Of a stretch of DNA of 64,000 nucleotides, positions 14,885 through 26,721 are shown piece after piece. Origin of the DNA: Phoronis australis (taxonomy: Eukaryota; Animalia; Phoronida); assembly GCA_002633005.1 (NCBI GenBank), contig NMRA01000376.1, positions 217,564 through 281,563 of the forward strand. Direction: 5' to 3'. The first letter of the stretch is position 1. Each line of letters starts with the position of its first letter. Both the position numbers and the translations under genes were made by a program. Under the pieces are notes generated by a model, which was not told the DNA's origin, searched no databases, and saw only the letters and a program-made list of their open reading frames with translations.

Positions 14885-17239
14885 CGCCAGATAATGCTTG
14901 GGACTTAGGTGACATGAAAACATCATCTTCTTTTATTCTATTAATTTATGGAAATAAATGGTAACATAAGCCTTCTTTAAAAATCCCCTGTGCAGTGAAC
15001 ATTGTCGTGTCCATTAAGCTAAGCATACTTCTTCAAGTGTTTGTTTTACAGCTGAGACCTGCTTTCCATGTTTACAATTTACAAGAGGTATAAAAAAACA
15101 TGAGCCTGAAAAGAACTAAAAAATAAAACTAATCCCTCTCGTTCTGCCTCGGTTTATAGTTATAATGTCTGACTGGTTTTTATGAGCGGAATATTTGATC
15201 ATCTGTAAATGAGAAAGGAGTATTTGATTTTACTCACACAAGTGCGAAATCAATTGAAGGGCATCAGACCTATTTTAAACTAATTGCCCATTTCATTGTG
15301 TGATTTGAATGGGACTTAATTCTAAATATTTTAGCGTTCAATTCAAAGTGTAATGCGGAATACGGCAGGCTTTGATTGTCGGCTTTACAAGGAAACGGTT
15401 TATTGTTAAGAGAAAATTGTACGTCTTCTTGCACTTACAACAAAACTGGTGTTTAATTTGAGGTGATTTGTGTGAAATTAAAATTAGAAAACCGTAAACA
15501 ATCATTGCGACATCAATTTAAATTGATTTTTGCAATTCGCACTGCACGCAGGGGTCATTATGAACTAATGACTAACCCTATGGCTTTATTTAAAACCAGT
15601 TTAACGATTTTGTCTTTGAATCTATTTTTTAATGTTGTGATTCACTTTTATCTGTTCGTAATTTGCTGTTCTATGGTTTTCAAATCTGACCCAAGATAAA
15701 CTCTGCAGCCACTGGTTCTAGCGAGAATCGCCACCATATCGTGTCACCATTTAGCGGTAGTGATGTCTTTGAGTAATCTGTTGGTCAAGCAACTTGTCGT
15801 ATGCAATGGTACAAAACGTATTTGAAGTGCAATGAATAAAATATAAAATATTGGTTTAGATTAATTAATAATTTCTACTACCCGGGCTGTCGGTGTGCCT
15901 GCATCTTTCAGTGATTTCGAGGGGGGATTTGCGCCTCCCCACTCCTTCCTCCACAGTCAGCTGTGTGTATGTTGCCGAGTGTGAGTCTGAACACAAACGT
16001 TTCTGAGTTAAAAGGCCATGACGAAAAGTGCAGCGCCGGGATAGGCGTTGTTGGCGCTACAGCAAGGATTTGCACCCGTTTTGCTTAGAGTCACTGAAAC
16101 ATATGGATTTATACCTTAAATTGTCTGAAATTGACCTACGCGTGTTATTCTCAGCAAGAGAAACCCACCTAGACAATCGTTTCACTTATTAGCCTCTTAA
16201 ACGAAATGATAGCTGTTCCAGTAATCATGTCGGCCATTGTTGCGGTGTGCGCGTATAATAGCGCCATAATGTACTCACCCCTGGAGATGACCTTATACAA
16301 TACACTGCCACAAATGTGCAGTTCTCTAGAGTGTCCGTCACATCTCACACACTCCTGTCTAGACTCACAAACAAGCTCACGTGTTCATCGAAACAGAAAT
16401 GGTCGAGTATTGGAAAGAATTTCATTAAAATGGCATCCATCGCCGTCGCAGAAACTTTTACGTTTTGTTTAGGGATAGACACATTTGTGTGATACTTGTC
16501 AAAATGACAAACCCACACATATTAGACAGCAAATATATATTGGCAGCAAAAGTCACACGTTGGTATAAAATATTTTATGCCTTGCAATTTCGCCAATGAA
16601 TGTTCAACTTTTTTCGGAACTGTGAATTCGAATACCGGCTCTTAACGTTCGCGAAGGTTGTGTAGCTAATTCGACAACATAGTTGCATGTATTCTGGTGT
16701 CGGTTCAGTGGTCAACTTGACCGCGTTAGGCTAAGATATGTTCTGAATGAAAAATGCTTTGCGGTGATTTTGCTTCATTAAATAAACAATAAAATGTACG
16801 GCGAGACTGACAGTGAGTAACTTGTGAAATTGTCCAGCATTCTTTTGGTTTCCTCGAATTAAACTAAGTTATATAAGTACATGTGTCGCGACAGCTTAAA
16901 TTAGACAATAGAGAATGCAGATAATAAGATTTCTAGAAACTTTGGCATAAAAAATAAGAAAGCTTATTTTATAACGACTACATAAACAGGTACCCTGTCT
17001 CGTATTGAATTAAATTCCAGTTCTCTTTACAAATTTAGGATTGTTTTCGTTGCGGATTATGAGTATTTTTATTAAAACCTTACTTTCAAAATGTATTCCA
17101 AGCTATTCCCTTCAACAACCTGGTGTGGTAGAAAAACACGACAAGATAGTTCGAAGTGACTTTACCTCCGCCAAAAAAGTAAAAGTTTTGGCACGTGTAT
17201 GTTGTAGTGTTTCTCATATTTAGTTACTATTCTATTTCG

Positions 17240-18261
17240 TTTATTTTATTTTGTTCAATTATATTTTATTTCATCTGAGAGTATGCATGTATGTTTTTAG
17301 ATGTCACGGCAAGTCAATAAAGAAAAAGAAAATGTCTGACTTAATTATATTATATAGATCATCTCACAAAATACATAACTGGTAAATAACAATAAGAAAC
17401 GAAACAAATAAAAATATAAGAACTGACCACGTACAAGTGCACACACCAACATATCATGGGATGTTCAATCACTGCTGATTTTAACTTGGTCAGAGAATGG
17501 TGTTTCTAAATAAAAAATATCGGCTACTATAGTAATAATTCTTTTTAGTACTAGAACAGCGTCAGTGCTTTACAGGGACTGTGTTCCACCATTTTGTAGG
17601 TAAACGAGGAGGCACCCTGAAGAGTCACCAGTCGTTGAACCTTAACATTACACAAAATTTACTTGAAGTGTAGTCAAATTTTCAGGAAGGTTTTAGAAAT
17701 TTTGGCAAACAGAGAAAACAATTATCACATATTCAAATCAACTTAAAACATCAAATACACATAAAAGATAAACAGACAGGATGGTCAATTTATTTTTTTT
17801 CTTTCTCAAGACATTTGTGTGCTGATGAAGACTCCAAAGTTAACACTGTTTAATTATCAGATTGGAACCAATGACGTCAGGTTACAGGGAAGAAGTTTGA
17901 AATCCTTCACCGGACAGGTTTCCCATTTTTACAACTGAACACATGATATCAATAGTCGTCTTTTACCCTACACAGTTAAGTTCCTTGACGGTATCCATTT
18001 ATACGCAGCACAAAATACGTCCACATATATATAAACACACAAAATCACATTTGCGTAGAAAGTAAAATGTATAACTTTGGATAAGTGGCAAACAAGTGTC
18101 ATGGAGACTCCGACGATATCAGCGAAACTGTTCGAAATTGCAGGCGCACGACCAGAACTGTAAGTGCACGAGTCTTTTGATTCCACCAGCAGTGGGGCGC
18201 GAGGCTGGTTCGCCAGATATCGCGGTTGACTAGATAACTCAACATGGAGTCCAAACGGAAT
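17240..18261 (-). other. Probable Irx 3' UTR with candidate polyadenylation signals
   Basis: U-rich on the minus strand. AATAAA hexamers on the minus strand at about 17240-17250, 17265-17270 and 17789-17794. The true end is not determinable. Confidence 0.5.
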
Positions 18262-18289
18262 CTATGTCTTTATTGCAGACGGAAATGAC
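18262..18289 (-). CDS. Irx: Iroquois probable terminal coding exon 7 (GSFPSAIKT-stop), followed by 3' UTR
   Basis: Acceptor gttttgctctcattctag|G is phase-compatible with exon 6; TAG at 18264-18262. No homology support for this short peptide. Confidence 0.6.
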
Positions 18290-18400
18290 CTAGAATGAGA
18301 GCAAAACAACTTGTTGTACAATATGTTGAGTTAATTACGAAAACTGTCCATAAGAGATGACTTCTCCACAGCACCGTTAGGCTTTTCGAACAAGTGATAA

Positions 18401-18556
18401 CAGTGGCGGATTTAGAGGGGGTCAAGGGGCCATCCCCCCTAACATTCTCCCAGATTCCATTTGGCAGTTAGAGGGTGCGAATGTCTGACGGGGAAAACTC
18501 CTGGCTTATGCTCTGCCCTGCCCCTCTCCCAACTCAAAATCCTGGATCCGCCCCTG
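18401..18556. mobile_element. MITE, copy A, in the last Irx intron
   Basis: Imperfect TIRs CAGTGGCGGATTTAG / CTGGATCCGCCCCTG, flanked on both sides by GATAA (5-bp TSD). Confidence 0.85.
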
Positions 18557-18580
18557 GATAATGAGACTTTTCTTAGAATC

Positions 18581-18891
18581 CAGTGACAGACTTAGGGGGG
18601 AGGGCCAAGGGGGCTATGCCCCCCTAAAATTCTCCCTGATACCATTTGGCAGTCCGGGGTGTGAATTGCTGACCAGCATATGTGCGCACCAGGGGGCTCG
18701 GGGGCGAATGCACAATGCATAGACCTTGAACAAACTCTGTTTACCGTTTTTTTTTTGGTAATAAGGTCCAAAAATCCAAAAATTCGAGACGTCTGCATCC
18801 CTACATTTTAGGCTGGGCGCGCGCATTTGGCAAAATTTTGGTTATTCCTGTTCTCTGGCCCCCCCTAACTCAAAATCCTGGATTCGCCCTG
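18581..18891. mobile_element. MITE, copy B of the same family
   Basis: Shares CCCCCCTAA.ATTCTCCC.GAT.CCATTTGGCAGT and AACTCAAAATCCTGGAT with copy A; flanked on both sides by GAATC (5-bp TSD). Confidence 0.85.
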
Positions 18892-19026
18892 GAATCTCAG
18901 CACAGAAATTCCATTTCCGGCTAAACATTTAACAACCTCTATAAACGCTGAACATCAAAACAAAACTTGTTCCAAGTCAAAACAAGTAACTGGCACTACA
19001 ATATTTAAATGTAAAAGGTCACATAC

Positions 19027-19108
19027 CCTTTAACAACTGGTCTAAATGCTGTGGTAGCTGACGTGGTTTTATCACTAGATGGCAGACTGTGCTCACTTTT
19101 TCTCTCGT
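19027..19108 (-). CDS. Irx: Iroquois coding exon 6 (DERKSEHSLPSSDKTTSATTAFRPVVK)
   Basis: Strong acceptor tctttgttttgcag|AC, donor GG|gtatgt, 82 nt, phase 1-2, open in the required frame. AFRPV resembles the AFxPV motif in Irx C-termini. Confidence 0.82.
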
Positions 19109-20067
19109 CTGCAAAACAAAGAACTGCTGAAGTGCGTCACGTGTTAATCAAGGTTCCAGCTACAAACATTTGACAACCTGGCACCTAAACAATGAAGACA
19201 ACAGATGTCGCTAGTACAAATGTCACGAAAGAGCGGTTTCGAGACATTATTTTTAGCTCAAGTCATCGAGATTAATCACGTGTTAAAAGAAACTTTTTTG
19301 AAAAATTAACAATTCAAAGGACAATTTTAATAGAACATCAATAAATTACTGGTGTATCAGATTTGGGAACAAGTTTCCTGCCTGTTAAATGGTAGAAGAA
19401 CTTCACTGAAATACGGGATCACTTCATTTTACCAATTCTGAATACAGTGCAGTTTACTGAATACAAGTTGCCACGACTTTGCTTAGTCGTGTTTTCTTTA
19501 CAAACGAACCAAAGCAAATCAATGCGCTGCGGGTTGCTGCCACAACTTGTGTTTTTATCAGTTACCGCGAGTTCATGACATGTTCAGTGGAGATATTCGC
19601 GGCAGGATACGTAGAAAAAGTGCTTGTAAAACAGCGAGATTTATCTTATGAGCGCGTTGTTACACAATTCGTGTTTGTTGTAATCTCTCGCGGAGGAACA
19701 AGGTCACGGCGGATTTTGATAGGGCAACGACTGCTCAGCCCCTGAACTGCTGCATTGAGGATGGAAACTCTACACACGATTGAAATGAACAATTTAGTTT
19801 TGCCAGATTGGCATTGTTTGATATTGAAATTCGTGGCCCTTGCCTTTTAATCAACCAGGTCCTTGGATAAAAAAAATTGAAGATGAAACATGGGTTTAAG
19901 AAATGCAAACTAAACAGAGGTGATTGAGCGGTTTTTATACTTCAGCACTAAAATGAAAACAGACTGATAGTTCGAAAATAAGATTCAGCACAAGAAAATA
20001 GGATTATAAGATGCAATATGACTGTTGTGTACTGATTCGACAAAAATAAATAAACAAAAGCACCTAC

Positions 20068-20598
20068 CAGAAATAGAACTTGTTGGTAACCTTGACAGAG
20101 CCGGTGGGTAACGTATGGATGATGGTAGAGGCGTAGCTATTTTGGTCGATGCCCCAGTACTGGGAGTACCCCCCGGCAATGAAGAGGTGGTCGTGGTGTG
20201 CGCTATAGGAGGGAATGAATACGGATGTGGCAATCGAAGATGAGTTGGATACCGTCCGTCTACCCAGTGACTCAGTGTGTGGATCGCCGACGGATAGGGC
20301 TGTCCCGGCTTTGGACTTGTAGGGAATGCTGTCGAAATGGGTGACTTCCTGTCGTTGTTACCCGATGTAGCGACGTGTGCCAGCGACCATATACGCGGTT
20401 TGACCGGGCTCGGGCTTTTCCGCGATTCTTTGGTCGCTGTTGGTGTCGAGGAAGATGGCGTTGCTGGCCTGTGTGTCTGTTTGTCAGGACTATTTTCTTC
20501 TGGTGTGGGTGTGTGACGTGGACTAGACGGCGGTGGTGTGGATCTATCGTTACTGTGGACTGAAAGGTCGCGAAGGTCATCGTCTTCCTTATCGGAAT
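20068..20598 (-). CDS. Irx: Iroquois coding exon 5: Pro/Ser/Thr-rich region with IRO box (KPRIWSLAHVAT, 20366-20401)
   Basis: Acceptor ctcccatttcag|AT, donor G|gtaggt, 531 nt, phase 1-1. Matches the IRO-box consensus KPKIWSLA. Confidence 0.95.
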
Positions 20599-23500
20599 CT
20601 GAAATGGGAGTGGGACATTTCAACATACGCCCATTTGATAACAAAATGTAGAAATGAAAATGCAAATCAAAATGTCGACACAGCTGATAACAAGTATCAT
20701 TTAACACGTCACTCTCAATTTCAGTTTATTTCTTCACCTTAAAAGAGGGTTTGTTCAAGCCCGATGTTTAGGTTTGCATTTGTATGACAGCAACTTCAAC
20801 CTTTCAACGAAATTCTCCACTTTCGTTAGTCTTAAGGTCTACTTGTGTTGGTTCAGAGTGTCTCCGCATTTAATTCAATAATTGTTTTACAAGAAACATA
20901 GGATAAAGAATTCATTTAGCTAATAGCCACCATATTGAAGACTTCAAAGCTAAAAGACACCTAAAAATTAAATTGTCTTATTCCCATGACTGCATCATAA
21001 TTAATCAGCAGTTATTGAATGCACTGCTCGTCAATTAGAAAACTGTTTGACGATACTGGCTCGGTTTTCCCAACGACGTGGCAGATGATGCGCCTGTACA
21101 CGACACGTCATCCGTGTATGTCTGGCTTTCAACATGTATGTTGCAGAGGCAAGTAAACCGGACTACCAGCGTTATTTTGATTCTGCCTAATTAAGCTAAT
21201 AAATTAAAGTGGTTGCATGTAAATAGCGTGCGACTCCCGTTAAATAACGTGGCTACTAAAGAGCCTTAAGAACACTTATAAGGATCAAACAGAAATTTAC
21301 AAATGTGCGTAATCAATTTTATACAAAACCCTATTAGAATGCCGCTACAGTGGTAAATCAATAGGCAACCTGCATGAGAAGTTAAACTCCTTGTCGCAGG
21401 CGGATGTTTAAAATAGTCATATTGTCAATATTTTATATTTGAACAACGTGTCAGACAGCATCTCACATGTTTTTTACGTTTGACTTTTTACGCGGCTATG
21501 ATCCCATTGAAACTGAACAATGGAATAGCGAAAAGTACACGTTTTCGCGTTGGCTGACACAATAGCGAAAATTTGTGGAAACAGGCGGTGTAGTGGAAAA
21601 CTAGAATATAAACAGCCCGAGGCAGTTTAACAGTGTGTTTGGTGTTAAGGAGCCACGTGAAATGGTCTGAGAAAACACGCTACCAGTGACCTTGGAAACC
21701 AACAGTTTGTGATTATTTACACCTAAAAACAAGAACGCATTCCGATCGTACACGGCAGTACGAAAAGGCATTCGATTTCGATGGCGACTTGATCAAGTTT
21801 GGCGCGTATACATGAATAAACTTCAATATTTAAAACAATGTATCCGTCGTCGTTCAAACCTAAATTTGAGTTAAGATAACTGACCTTCATGAAATCGGTC
21901 TACACTTGTTCCTTACTCAGAATATAAACGACTCCTCGGCTTGGGAAGACCTGACAGTTCGTTATTGCTTGAGGCAATGCTCAGCGCATAAAATGACCTG
22001 CCGGATAAACCCAATTTATTGAGGCTGTTCTCAAACAATAGCGAACTGTCAATACTTCCAAAAATAACGTCTTATCTCAGTAAAAACACTCTGACACCAA
22101 TTGTACAACGTTTATAGGTGGCATTAGTAAAAAAACACTTTTTTATCAGAAGACGGGGTACAAAGTGGTGAAAGTTTCTGAAGCAAATTTAGTTCTAGGT
22201 TTTATGCAATACAGTTTACCATTTCGAAGTAGCTTGCGCATAGAAAAACTCACTACTCCAGGCAATTTCAAATCTATACATATATGCATGTTGTGGAAAT
22301 GCAAACCGATGTATATCCCCATTCAATGCTATCATTTAATATTTCAACCAGGTTAATTTATAAGCATGTGTTGAACTTTTTGTTTGTGGGTTATAAAACA
22401 CAGTCTATTGAAATATTTATGTCATAAAGTCTGCAATCAGTGTCTAAGTTAAAACTCAAAGGGATAATTCAGTGATCATTTTTTCTACGGTAGAAGGCAC
22501 AGTGACGCAAAAAAATAATAAATTTGCGCGAATCAAAAATAGTGTTGGCGTTATTTAAAATTCTCTTTAAACTACGTAAGCAGTTACGCTATTTTGATTT
22601 GAAATCAAAGACACGAGGAAAGACGCGAGAATATTCGAATGGGAAATGTCTATTACAAGACAATTAAAGTCTTTAACTGAATGAGACACTATTACTTTTT
22701 TGATGTGGCCTGCCTAGTGCGGAATAGTGTACATTATCAAATGTTGTTTGCTTCGCCAATTAAAAACAGGTCATGTTATGTCGTTAATTAAAATTTAATG
22801 AGCACGTGAGCGTTTCAGAACAATTGTTAACTGATGATTACAATTAATCAAATCGTTGAATAATTTGTCTGGTCGTGTAAATTATTTCATTGTAAATAAT
22901 TCATCACCAACAAGTCAAATTCAAATAGAAACATATGGTTACCGTGTTAATTATTTTACATAATTTCTTTGAAGCTGGCGCTAGGGGGATTTTAACGACA
23001 ACTTGGGGAATAATTTTAACACTAACCTACCTTTGTAAAAATTTAGTTTCAGTCACGCTATGGGGAAACTAAAGGTTATTCCTACTGTCGTTTTCGGGCA
23101 CATTTTAGCTCATTGAATATCTAAATTTAAAACGCAAAGCTTTTACACCGTATGTCCGTATACGATGGAAAACCCAAGTGAATAATAACAAAAACTTCTA
23201 GTACACACATACAAAATGCGAATGTGTTTCTCCATAACGCGTGCAGGTACACAGGTCAGAGTTCAATTAATTGCAGGTCCCGCGGATTTGTAGTAACTCA
23301 GCAAACTCGTTGTTTCCATTAATAGAGTAGTCACTAACCATGAGAACAGCCACTCAAGAGCAGGGACTTAGCTGAAGTTTAGTACTATCAAGAATTAGTA
23401 AAAATATTGACCAAGCGCTAATCCGCGCTAGCGTCTGATTCGCCGGATATTCACTAGAGTCGATGCAATGTGGTCCTTTATCTCAATCTCGATATTAATA

Positions 23501-25365
23501 CAAAATTAAATACACAATAACCGAACCTCTTGAGGCTAATGGACCAAATGTCAAAATTCTATCTTGATCCTATGTTGATGTACGACATAGTAACACAGGG
23601 AAATATGTCTAATTCGCTGACAATTGAAAATAAAAGTTAGCGTGTTGCAGCTGATCGGGATTATACTTAGGGTGTATGTCCACATCTCGAATGTTCATGA
23701 GAGGACACGGGATCAGTCCTACACTACAGTGAATGTTCAAGAGCTATAAGGGAACCTTTCGAGTCCTATTGCACCCAACTTATGTTTAATAAATATTGCA
23801 GTCTTTTGATTCACGAATCTTCAACTAAAACAACTGCAATACTACCAACAGAGGCAGTGTTCAAGTGATTTGTCCCTAGCTAAGCCACGTCCCCCCTCCA
23901 CACATAAACAGTGGTGATGATTTCAAAATAATGAGTTAATAAATAAAATGATAGATAGGTAAACTAAGTAGCACACAGATTTATCGTTTAATTCATTGTG
24001 GCACGAATATAAATACCATATGACCAATGCTACAGTAAATTAGTGTATTAGCGTCATACTACCAATATTGTTACCGATTATATAATTAATGTAGGCCTAC
24101 AGCTGACACAAGGAACCTCGGGTATCAACTAAGTAAATCTTGATAAATTTTTAAAAACTGGCATACCAAAGGACACTAAGACAAAAGAAGACTTTTCTCA
24201 AATCGAAAAATAAGAAACTGGCCCTGGTCGCGTTTTGTCTGATTATTTAAGCATTTTTTTTAAGCACGAGAATAAACCACGACTATTTGGAATCTATATT
24301 TCAGAGAAAAGCTAGTGCGAGGAATGTGGCTGGAAAATGCTAGCAGTTATCATTTCTGTCCACAAATGTTTACAATTTGAAAGTTTCGTATTGATCTGTA
24401 ATGCATCAGCACTTCAAACACACATGTTGTGCTGGTTTCCATAGGAACACTCTTCCTAATCAAGACGTGGTTGATATCGAAACACATCAGTTGTGTATAT
24501 TCGATTTTTCCTGGAGTTTTAGTTTCGGCAAACTCAACCTAAAATTTACTGCACTATCGTTTTTCTTTTAATCTTTTTAGGTTACGCGAGTTTATCGATT
24601 AACCTTACGAATGCAGGATTAAATAAAGTATTATCTGTACGGACAAAAATCAGGCATGCCAAGTTATCATTTTGCATAACCGACTGTTGGGTTAGGGACG
24701 TAGTCTTTTCACCGATACAACAACTGTTCAAATAATAAATAAGGGCCTCCTATGTTCAAGAATTACCAAAATTGACCCAATCTAAGAAAAACAATAACCA
24801 CAGTTCAGACCTTCATAGGGGCATCCTGGAAGGTCAAGTTATTTAACGAAGGAATTCGAATTTTAATACTGTGAAATTGAATGAATGAGTGCGAACAAGA
24901 GGACATCACGCACTGTTGTTATTTAAACTCGCGCACCTGCGCAATGATGCCTTCATTACAACAAGATTAATTACCAATACTATTCAGGTGTTCAAATAAG
25001 TGCAACTTGGATCAGTTAAGGTTAAAATAATTAAATTCCAAGTCCACAACTTAGAAAATAAAATCATTTGTGAAATGTGCATGACTAACACATGCTGGGA
25101 TGAACATTTTTTATATTTTAATTACCTGTAACATGATTCTATTTCATGATATAAAATAGTTTTGCACTGTCATAAAACAGTAAAAATATTACTTTTTTTC
25201 AAAGAAATGAAATGTTTTGTTATTCCTGGTGGATTTTTCAAAGTAATAACGTGAAATAGTTTTTGAATCATAAATTATGTAAAAGCATAACAATCTGTCT
25301 TCACTTGTAAATGTAAACATATGCTTGCCTTGTACATTTAGGCACAGGGTGATCTAAATAACACT

Positions 25366-25630
25366 GAAGGGACACAATCAGTTTTACGACAGAAAAACGT
25401 ATTTTAAGTATTATTTATTGTTGGGTGAGATATACCTCTTGAAGTTATTACCTTTCACCACATAAAACAAAAAATCCGTAATGTTTGTGATTTTACTACA
25501 AATTGTCAATTGTCGCTGTTCGCTCAGATCAAGGTCGGTGACTGTACCATTTTATCCGCTATCTATCGAGTGGAGTTAGTTCCGCCAGCAAAACGTTTTA
25601 CTAGCACGACGGGGATTGTGAGTTCGATTA
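25366..25630 (+). mobile_element. Same repeat family, copy in Irx intron 4
   Basis: GGGACACAATCAGTTTTACGAC...CTTGAAGTTATT...CTATCTATC...TTAGTTCCGCCAGC...GAGTTCGATT is colinear with the reverse complement of 37520-37806. Confidence 0.7.
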
Positions 25631-25712
25631 GCGTCCTAGTTTATCTCAGAAATTACTTCTTTCGACGATAATACCACATTGTAAGCTATCCACAGTTGAT
25701 CAAGTGACCTAC

Positions 25713-26014
25713 CTAAATCTTTGTCATCAACGTCACTGTCCCCGTCTTTGCCGTCACCGTCTTCGTCCTCATCCCCACAGCGATTCCTCGGTGACCACGT
25801 CATCTTATTCTCTTTCTTCAGACGTCTACGAGCGTTAGCGAACCACGTAGAGACCTGAGTCAGTGTCATTTTCGTAATTATTGCTAACATGATTTTTTCG
25901 CCCTTTGTGGGGTAAGGATTTTTCCTGTGTTCGTATAACCATGCCTTCAACGTGCTTGTGGTCTCCCTTGTGGCATTTTTTCGCCGCGCTTGATTGAGAT
26001 CCATGCCAGCATAC
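25713..26014 (-). CDS. Irx: Iroquois coding exon 4: TALE homeodomain plus acidic tail
   Basis: [64 protein letters not shown] is the diagnostic Irx homeodomain (PYP loop, WFANA). Acceptor tttcag|G, donor G|gtaggt, 302 nt, phase 2-1. Confidence 0.99.
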
Positions 26015-26605
26015 CTGAAACATGTTTTGTCTATTCTTGATGCCTACACCAATGTCTACAAAATGTAATTGAACCGTCATACGAATCTATTTTCGTTTTT
26101 TTTTTTTTTCAAACAACGACGTCTCATCGCGCGAAATTTGCTGATAAGATTAATGTGCTACAATTAAAAAGAGGGGTAATATTTGCGTCATTTAAAACTT
26201 CTCACACTGGTGAAATATTGTTCGAGGATAATAATCCGCGATCAAATTTATTCTGTATTAACGAAAACGACACACCAAGTACGTGTAGCACCGAGGGATA
26301 TTTTCAAAATAACTTCCAAGGAACATTAGCAGCATCAATCGATACCTTTCGCTATATTTTTGTGTACAATGTGGCTGCACAAATAGTCAAACTGATTTGT
26401 ACCGTACGAGCAATGACAATCATTGCTAAAATTTCTTCAACAACACATGATGAAATACAACGCTATGTGGAATATCTACTGTTTACTCGTGTATCAACGC
26501 GTACAGAGTTCACTAAAGTGAACTGGTCGGCGCAACCGAGTGCTAAATCCAAGTTTCCGCTCTTTTTACATACAAAAACGTGATAGTACTGAGAATAACA
26601 CTTAC

Positions 26606-26721
26606 CCTCCGTAAGAATATGCCGCCATCGCCGCTGGATCGTAAGGATAGCACGCCGCCGGCTGTGCCAGCCGCCAGGCGGCTTCGGGGTTGTCCTTCAA
26701 CTCATTGTAAGCCGCTGCATT
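26606..26721 (-). CDS. Irx: Iroquois coding exon 3 (NAAAYNELKDNPEAAWRLAQPAACYPYDPAAMAAYSYG)
   Basis: Acceptor tttcaccag|AAT, donor GG|gtaagt, 116 nt, phase 0-2. The YELK-like and YPYD motifs are typical of the Irx pre-homeodomain region. Confidence 0.92.

Noticed and set aside
20599-20707. N-terminal part of the 240-aa ORF (MLNDTCYQ...)
   Set aside because: Upstream of the acceptor at 20599 and not Irx-like; intron sequence. The same applies to 19985-20067 beyond the donor.
25636-25712. ORF-track extension of the homeobox exon ([24 protein letters not shown])
   Set aside because: Lies past a good GT donor whose phase matches exon 5; intronic read-through.
26155-26583. 142-aa plus-strand ORF antisense within Irx intron 3
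   Set aside because: Non-ATG start, no recognisable homology, composition like a random AT-rich translation.
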